In this document: in pieces, positions 58,730 through 64,000 of the stretch
How the letters are laid out: each line of letters begins with the position of its first letter
Position numbering within the stretch: the stretch's first letter is position 1
Assembly: GCA_052388025.1 (NCBI GenBank)
Contig: JBQTIP010000020.1
Coordinates: 14,332-78,331, forward strand
Reading direction: 5' to 3'
DNA from: Actinomycetota bacterium
GTDB lineage: Bacteria > Actinomycetota > UBA4738 > HRBIN12
DNA: 64,000 bases
Made by a program: the position numbers and the translations under genes
The notes under the pieces: generated by a model
What the model saw: the letters and a program-made list of their open reading frames with translations, nothing else
Told to the model about the DNA's origin: nothing
The model's database searches: none

Positions 58730-60382
58730 TCAGAACCGTGGGGTCTCTGTGTACCCGCCGAAGACTTCACGCAGCGTCTCGATGATCTCCCCCTCCGTGC
58801 AGTAGGCACGGGCGCAATCTACGAGCGGCTCGATCAGGTTCTCATCGGTCCGGGCGGCCGCGCCCAGACGAGCGAGGGCCGCCTCCGCCTCCGGGCCGTC
58901 CCGATCCGATCGCATGTCCCGTACCGCCCGGATCTGTGCCTCCTCGGTCTCGGGCGCGATGACGAGCGTGTCGATCGGCTCCTCGCCCTCCTCGACGAAC
59001 TCGTTGACGCCGACCTTGATCCGCCGAACCTTCTCGTAGAGGGTCTGCTCGCGGTAGGCGGCCTCGGCGATCTCCCCCTGAAAGTACCCACGCTCGATGC
59101 CGGCCAGCACGCCTTCGAGGATCGAGCCCCCTCCCATGGCGTCGATCCTCGCGAAGTACTCCTCGGCCAGGGCCTCCATCCTGTTCGTGAGGGACTCGAC
59201 GAAGTACGCCCCTCCCAGCGGGTCGATCACGTTCGCGACGCCGGTCTCGTATGCGATGACCTGCTGGGTCCGAAGCGCGATCCGAGCGGCGTCCTCGGTG
59301 GGAAGCGCGAGCACCTCATCGAGCGCGTTCGTGTGGAGCGACTGCGTCCCGCCCAGCACGGCGGCCAGAGCCTCGAGCGCGGTTCGCACGATGTTGCTCT
59401 CCGGCTGCTGCGCCGTCAGAGAGACCCCGGCGGTCTGCGTGTGGAACCGAAGCCGGAGCGACTCGTCGTCCTTCGCGCCGTATCGCTCGCGAAGCCACCG
59501 CGCCCAGATGCGACGCGCGGCGCGGTACTTCGCGATCTCCTCGAAGAAGTCGATGTGCGCGTTGAAGAAGAAGGACAGGCCCTGCGAGAAGCGGTCGATG
59601 TCCATCCCACGCTGCTGGCCGAGCTCAACGTAGGCGAACCCGTCGGCCAGCGTGAACGCGAGCTCCTGCGCCGCCGTCGAGCCGGCTTCGCGGATGTGGT
59701 ATCCGGACACGCTGATCGGGTGCCACTTCGGGCACCGTCGCTCGCAGAACTCGATCAGGTCGCCGATCAGGCGGAGATGCGGCCGCGGCGGGAAGATCCA
59801 CTCCTTCTCGGCGATGTACTCCTTCAGGATGTCGGTCTGGAGTGTCCCGCCTAACCTGGCCCAGTCCACACCCTGCCGCTCGGCCGCGGCGAGGAAGAAC
59901 GCGAAGATCACGACGGCCGGCCCGCTGATAGTCATCGACGTCGAGATGTCTCCGAGCGGGATGTCGTCGAACAGCGCCTCGAAGTCGGCGAGCGAGTCGG
60001 TCGCCACGCCGCAACGCCCGACCTCGCCCTCCGACAGGGGATCGTCGGAGTCGCGCCCCATGAGGGTCGGCATGTCGAACGCAACCGAGAGCCCGCCCTG
60101 CCCCTGCGCGAGAAGGAACTTGTAGCGGGCGTTGGTCTCGGCGGCGGAGCCGAAGCCGGCGAACTGCCGCATGGTCCACAGCCGGCCGCGATACATGGTC
60201 GGGTAGACGCCGCGGGTGAACGGGTAGCGCCCCGGCTGGCCGAGGTCGCGGTCGTGATCGAGGTCGGCGACGTCCTCGGGGGTGTAGAGCGGCTTCAGCG
60301 GCTCTCCCGAGAGCGTCTCGAAGTCCGCGTCGCGCTCACCGGCGCGCCGGTACTGATCCTCCCACCGCTCGTTTTCGGCCAT
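58730..60382 (-). CDS. Methylmalonyl-CoA mutase family catalytic (substrate-binding TIM-barrel) subunit, without a B12-binding domain
   Basis: 550 aa from ATG 60382; canonical MCM N-terminal domain (RxFAGFGxAxxTN, FDxPTxxG...); no C-terminal cobalamin-binding DxHxxG domain is present. Confidence 0.9.
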   Translation of the reverse strand: MAENERWEDQYRRAGERDADFETLSGEPLKPLYTPEDVADLDHDRDLGQPGRYPFTRGVYPTMYRGRLWTMRQFAGFGSAAETNARYKFLLAQGQGGLSVAFDMPTLMGRDSDDPLSEGEVGRCGVATDSLADFEALFDDIPLGDISTSMTISGPAVVIFAFFLAAAERQGVDWARLGGTLQTDILKEYIAEKEWIFPPRPHLRLIGDLIEFCERRCPKWHPISVSGYHIREAGSTAAQELAFTLADGFAYVELGQQRGMDIDRFSQGLSFFFNAHIDFFEEIAKYRAARRIWARWLRERYGAKDDESLRLRFHTQTAGVSLTAQQPESNIVRTALEALAAVLGGTQSLHTNALDEVLALPTEDAARIALRTQQVIAYETGVANVIDPLGGAYFVESLTNRMEALAEEYFARIDAMGGGSILEGVLAGIERGYFQGEIAEAAYREQTLYEKVRRIKVGVNEFVEEGEEPIDTLVIAPETEEAQIRAVRDMRSDRDGPEAEAALARLGAAARTDENLIEPLVDCARAYCTEGEIIETLREVFGGYTETPRF

Positions 60383-60392
60383 GGACCTGGTC

Positions 60393-61337
60393 CTACCCGG
60401 GATCTCGGGTCGCTTTCCCAACCAGGATAACCGCGGCCTGATAAGGGTCGATCCGGCGCCCCTCCAGCTCGTCCGCCAATCCCGCCTGCGCGGCCAGCAG
60501 CCCGCCGATCCTCCCCCGCAGGCGCTCCGTCGCGAGGGTTTCCACCTCGCGGAGCAGCCGCCCGCGCCGTCTGAGGGCAAGTCCGCCGCTCTCCTCCAGG
60601 TGCTCGCGGTGCCGCTCGATGACCGACCACAGCTCCTCGATGCCCTCGGAGTCCCTCGCCGACGCCGGTAGTACAGGCGGAACCCAGTCGAGCTCCGGGC
60701 CCATGCGGATCATGTTCTCCAGCTCACGGACGGCCTCCTCCGCGCCCTCGCGGTCGGCTTTGTTGACGACGAAGACATCGGCGATCTCGAGGATTCCCGC
60801 CTTCGCGACCTGGACGGCGTCGCCCCAGCCCGGCGAGACCACCACGAGCGTCGTGTCGGTCGCGGCCGCGACCTCCACCTCCGCCTGGCCGACGCCAACG
60901 GTCTCGACCAGCACGAGGTCCTTGCCCGACGCGTCGAGGATCCGCACGGCCTCGGGCGCTGCCAGCGCCATTCCGCCGAGATGCCCCCGCGTCGCCATCG
61001 AGCGGATGAACACGCCCGGGTCTGTGGCGTGCCCTTGCATCCGGAGCCGATCGCCGAGCAGCGCGCCTCCGGTGAACGGCGAAGTGGGATCGATCGCGAG
61101 CACGGCCACGTTCCTGCTTCGCTCGCGAGCGGCCGCCACGAGAGCCCCCGCCAGCGTCGACTTCCCGACGCCCGGCGAGCCCGTCAGCCCGACCGTGTAC
61201 GCGCGCCCGGTGTGCTCGTACAGCGAGGCCGAGAGCTCCTCCAGGCCATCCGCCCCGTCCTCGACCATCGAGATGGCGCGAGCCACCGCACGAGGATCAC
61301 CGATCAGGATCCCGTCGACGATCGAGGCCACGTCCAT
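60393..61337 (-). CDS. meaB: Methylmalonyl-CoA mutase-associated GTPase
   Basis: P-loop GSPGVGKST, G3 ETVGVGQ, G4 NKAD; 314 aa. Confidence 0.9.
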   Translation of the reverse strand: MDVASIVDGILIGDPRAVARAISMVEDGADGLEELSASLYEHTGRAYTVGLTGSPGVGKSTLAGALVAAARERSRNVAVLAIDPTSPFTGGALLGDRLRMQGHATDPGVFIRSMATRGHLGGMALAAPEAVRILDASGKDLVLVETVGVGQAEVEVAAATDTTLVVVSPGWGDAVQVAKAGILEIADVFVVNKADREGAEEAVRELENMIRMGPELDWVPPVLPASARDSEGIEELWSVIERHREHLEESGGLALRRRGRLLREVETLATERLRGRIGGLLAAQAGLADELEGRRIDPYQAAVILVGKATRDPG

Positions 61338-61624
61338 CTCGGAAGGGTACCCCGGGCCGGCCGGATGTAGGTGCGGGAGGAAGGCGAAGGGAGGGCTCCG
61401 GAGCCGGGGCGAGCATCACACCCCATCGCCGCGGCCTCGGGGCTACTTCCGAAGGAGTCTCCCCTTAGGCCCCCCGAAGGAGGCGATGCGGCGAAGAAGG
61501 GCGTTCAGCGCGTCCCAGCCTCCGCAACCCTCCCCTCGCCAGATCAGGTACGCGGGTACCTGAAGACGTGCCGGCGTCGCTGGAAGTATGCCACGATCAC
61601 CGTTCGCGTGCGTGGTCAGGCTGG

Positions 61625-62323
61625 TTACTTGCCGGAGGCCAGCAGAGCTCCGCCGGCCGCAGCGACGTACACCCCCGCGCCCAGCGCCGAGAAAACGTCG
61701 CCGACGTCGCCCCCAAAGGCGTTCAGGGCCCTGATCAGCTGGACCACGAAGGCGACGACCATCGCGAGGGCCAGGCCTCCACCCAGCCGTCGGAGGCTCG
61801 ACGACTTCGGGACGAACGCCAGGGCGGCGCCGCCGGCACCCACGATCAGGAGAGCGACGCCGAGCTTGAAGGCCCCGGAGGTCGCGTCGAAGTCGTAGAG
61901 CGCGTTGAAGGCGATGTCGAATGCCTTCGTCGAGCCGAACCGACCGCTGAGCCACGGTAGGAACGAAGCGACCGCTACAGCCACGCCGCCGATCAGCGCC
62001 AGCGGCGCTGCCTTGAGTCCCGCCACAGAGGGTCGTGCGGGCGCCGACGCCGTTCCAGGAACGGCCGTCGGGAAGACCTGAGTTGGCTGCTGGTCGCTCG
62101 GATGCGCGGCGGGGATGGGCGGAGGGGGCGGCGGAGGGGGAAGGTGGAGCGGCGGCGGAGGCGGGGGAGCCAGTGGCGGAAGCTCAGGGCTCGCGGACGG
62201 CTCCCCAGCAACAGGCTCGGGGACCGGTCCGCCCTCCTCGAATCGCGCACCGCAGTTGCTGCAGAAGACGACCCCGGGCCGCCTGCGCGTCCCGCACCTG
62301 GAACAGAAAGCCGCCTCGGACAT
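61625..62323 (-). CDS. Zinc-ribbon domain membrane protein with a proline-rich linker
   Basis: N-terminal CSRCGTRRRPGVVFCSNCG double CxxC, poly-Pro tract (PPPPPPLHLPPPPPPPP), four predicted C-terminal TM helices. Confidence 0.6.
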   Translation of the reverse strand: MSEAAFCSRCGTRRRPGVVFCSNCGARFEEGGPVPEPVAGEPSASPELPPLAPPPPPPLHLPPPPPPPPIPAAHPSDQQPTQVFPTAVPGTASAPARPSVAGLKAAPLALIGGVAVAVASFLPWLSGRFGSTKAFDIAFNALYDFDATSGAFKLGVALLIVGAGGAALAFVPKSSSLRRLGGGLALAMVVAFVVQLIRALNAFGGDVGDVFSALGAGVYVAAAGGALLASGK

Positions 62324-62401
62324 CCCGGTCCTCCCGCGCTCGACTCCGCCGCATCATGGCAGGACGCCCGTCCGGAGCGCAACGAGATTCCTCGTGGGGG
62401 T

Positions 62402-63661
62402 TCAGCCCAGCGGCGGATGTGGGGCGCCGGCAGGAGCCGCACCCGGGATGGCCATCAGGGCGTCCCGTAGCGACTTGCAGTACTCGCGCTGACGAACGAG
62501 ATCCGGGTGGTCCGCCGCATCGACCCTGGTCCGGACCATCGCGAGGTTCACCTGCTCGCGCTGCAGCCGCTTCAGGAGGCCCGCCGCCTTCGAGCCGGCT
62601 CGCTTCTGCATGTCGCGTCGAGCGAGGCGCCGCGAGGCCGGGTCCTGGAGGATGGCGAGCTCGGACTGCCAGAGCCCGATCGCCCCGGCCTCCGAGGCGA
62701 GCGCCGACCGCAGCCAGCGGCTCTCGCGCCGGCGAGCCAACACGACGGCAACCGCGACGCAACCGAGCAGCGGCATCCCCTTCACCGCCGCGGCCAGCGG
62801 GATCGTGAGCCAGTCCCCGACGGAGCTGAGGCGGCTCGGGAAGAAGTCGAGCCAGGGGGAGTTCCAGAGGAAGTGCCCGGTCATCGCGGACAGGAACAGC
62901 CCCGCTGCCACGAGCGCCCGCCTCCGGAACGGGGCTTCCTCCCGCCTTGCGACGAAGTACGCGATGCCCATCCCGGCGAGCCCCGTGTACAGCACGTGTC
63001 CGTACAAGCCGCTCGAGAGCACCCGGATGTAGAAGCCGGCGAGCACGCCCGAGAGCTCTCCGCCGAAGATCCCGATGAAGTAGAAGACATCCTCGACGAC
63101 GGCGAACCCCAGGCCGCAAACGGCTCCGTACACGAACCCGTCCATCACGTCGTCGATCTCGCTCCGGGCGATCAGGTAGATCAGCACGACGCCGGCCGCC
63201 TTCAGGGTCTCCTCGACGAACGGGGCGGTGAGCGCCGCCGTCCAGCGCGAGGCGAACTCGGGACCGCCTACCCGGGCGACGACGAGTCCCCAGCCGTGGT
63301 TGGCCAGGCCGGCCAGAGTCGTCGCCGCCACGGCACCCCACAGGAGCGCGCCGATGAGGACCGACATCGGTTCGCGCTCATACAGGTCGAGGAAGTAGAT
63401 CGCTAGGAACACCGGTAGCGCGTACACCACAAGCAAGATCCACGAGAGCGCCCAACCCGACGGCGAGATCCGCTGGAACACCGTCTGCTCCGAGATCGCG
63501 AAGATCCCGGTTCCGAGCATGACGACGACGTAGACCCAGAACCCCGGCTGCCGGGGTTGGAACAGCGAGGCCCTGTGCCCCCATCGCCGGCGGATAGACG
63601 GCGGTTGCACCGTCGGGGGCGGCGGGGCGGCGGGAGGCGGAGCGATCGGCTGCTGCCCCAA
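62402..63661 (-). CDS. PrsW-family intramembrane metalloprotease
   Basis: EETLK motif (FVEETLKAAGV), FxxxE and HxxxN/D region (GHVLYTGLAG, HFLWN); polytopic; proline-rich N-terminus. Confidence 0.75.
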   Translation of the reverse strand: MGQQPIAPPPAAPPPPTVQPPSIRRRWGHRASLFQPRQPGFWVYVVVMLGTGIFAISEQTVFQRISPSGWALSWILLVVYALPVFLAIYFLDLYEREPMSVLIGALLWGAVAATTLAGLANHGWGLVVARVGGPEFASRWTAALTAPFVEETLKAAGVVLIYLIARSEIDDVMDGFVYGAVCGLGFAVVEDVFYFIGIFGGELSGVLAGFYIRVLSSGLYGHVLYTGLAGMGIAYFVARREEAPFRRRALVAAGLFLSAMTGHFLWNSPWLDFFPSRLSSVGDWLTIPLAAAVKGMPLLGCVAVAVVLARRRESRWLRSALASEAGAIGLWQSELAILQDPASRRLARRDMQKRAGSKAAGLLKRLQREQVNLAMVRTRVDAADHPDLVRQREYCKSLRDALMAIPGAAPAGAPHPPLG

Positions 63662-63662
63662 G

Positions 63663-64000
63663 TCAGCGAACCTCCGCGGTCTCGATCATCTCGTGGATGT
63701 CCCCCCCCACGTAGTCCAGCAGGCCGGCCGGCGCCCACCCATCGAACACCACTCCGACGCCGCTCGGGGAGACGACCGTCGTGACTTCTCCCTCGATCGG
63801 GGTCTGGCCCCGGCCGAACACCCCTATGTAGAAGATCCGCACCGCGCTGAGGCCGGACCGCAGCTCGATCCGCTGGATCCGCTGCGATACCGACAGCCGC
63901 TCGGCACCGGGCTCCAGGACCTGCGTCACGAACTCGCGGACGATCGAGGCGGCGTCTCCAGCGAACCCGATCGCTATGACGTCCAGGTTGCCGCCCCCTC
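63663..64000 (-). CDS. Hypothetical protein, 5-prime partial (open frame continues beyond the right edge)
   Basis: No stop upstream of GTG 63929 within the window; C-terminal 88 aa have no recognised motif; 1-nt gap to the PrsW gene. Confidence 0.35.
   Translation of the reverse strand, partial: GGGNLDVIAIGFAGDAASIVREFVTQVLEPGAERLSVSQRIQRIELRSGLSAVRIFYIGVFGRGQTPIEGEVTTVVSPSGVGVVFDGWAPAGLLDYVGGDIHEMIETAEVR

Overview
This is a high-GC (about 70%) chromosomal segment with actinobacterial-type gene organisation. GTG and TTG starts are frequent, start/stop overlaps of 4 nt (ATGA) are common, and ligA-gatC-gatA-gatB synteny is present. I can support about 65 protein-coding genes. I see no rRNA, no tRNA and no CRISPR array. 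All long GC-skewed antisense ORFs in the provided track were treated as artefacts.

Main content, by region:
- 0.3-3.4 kb: housekeeping and small-metabolism genes (CutA, an AhpD-like protein, an SDR, a PLP dehydratase).
- 3.5-17 kb: an accessory-looking amine/aromatic catabolic island. It contains a glutamine-synthetase-like gamma-glutamyl ligase followed by a cytochrome P450; an APC permease plus group-II PLP decarboxylase operon; an alpha/beta hydrolase, LigB-type extradiol dioxygenase and aldehyde dehydrogenase meta-cleavage module; IlvE; a flavin amine oxidase; a SAM methyltransferase; and a GcvT-family aminomethyltransferase.
- 17-19.4 kb: tandem MFS paralogs.
- 19.6-22.3 kb: serA and a serC-like gene.
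- 22.4-27 kb: a 1010-aa double-FtsX permease with two separate ABC ATPases.
- 27.3-28.9 kb: an orphan Rieske ferredoxin plus ferredoxin reductase pair.
- 30.5-37.4 kb: gatB, an EamA transporter, gatA, gatC, a phd/relE toxin-antitoxin module, and ligA.
- 37.4-39.2 kb: a trio of NTF2-like paralogs, including a 39-aa deletion remnant.
- 39.3-48.5 kb: mnmA, a roughly 1180-aa nucleotide cyclase-NTPase-TPR regulator that is disrupted, etfBA, and a pabB-pabC fusion.
- 51.8-56.1 kb: a Fur-family (Zur-like) regulator convergent with znuA-znuC-znuB plus a secreted beta-propeller protein.
- 57.9-61.3 kb: a methylmalonyl-CoA mutase catalytic subunit plus MeaB, with a winged-helix/beta-carbonic-anhydrase-like regulator.
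- 61.6-64 kb: a Zn-ribbon membrane protein plus a PrsW protease.

Features that are not gene annotations:
- A three-member family of CTAG-rich palindromic hairpins sits exactly on the stop codons at convergent gene junctions (about 6.18 kb, 26.98 kb and 52.3 kb).
- At least five genes are broken by single-base indels, four of them clearly at homopolymer runs, and one gene also carries an in-frame TGA. This points either to homopolymer sequencing or assembly error, or to ongoing pseudogenisation.
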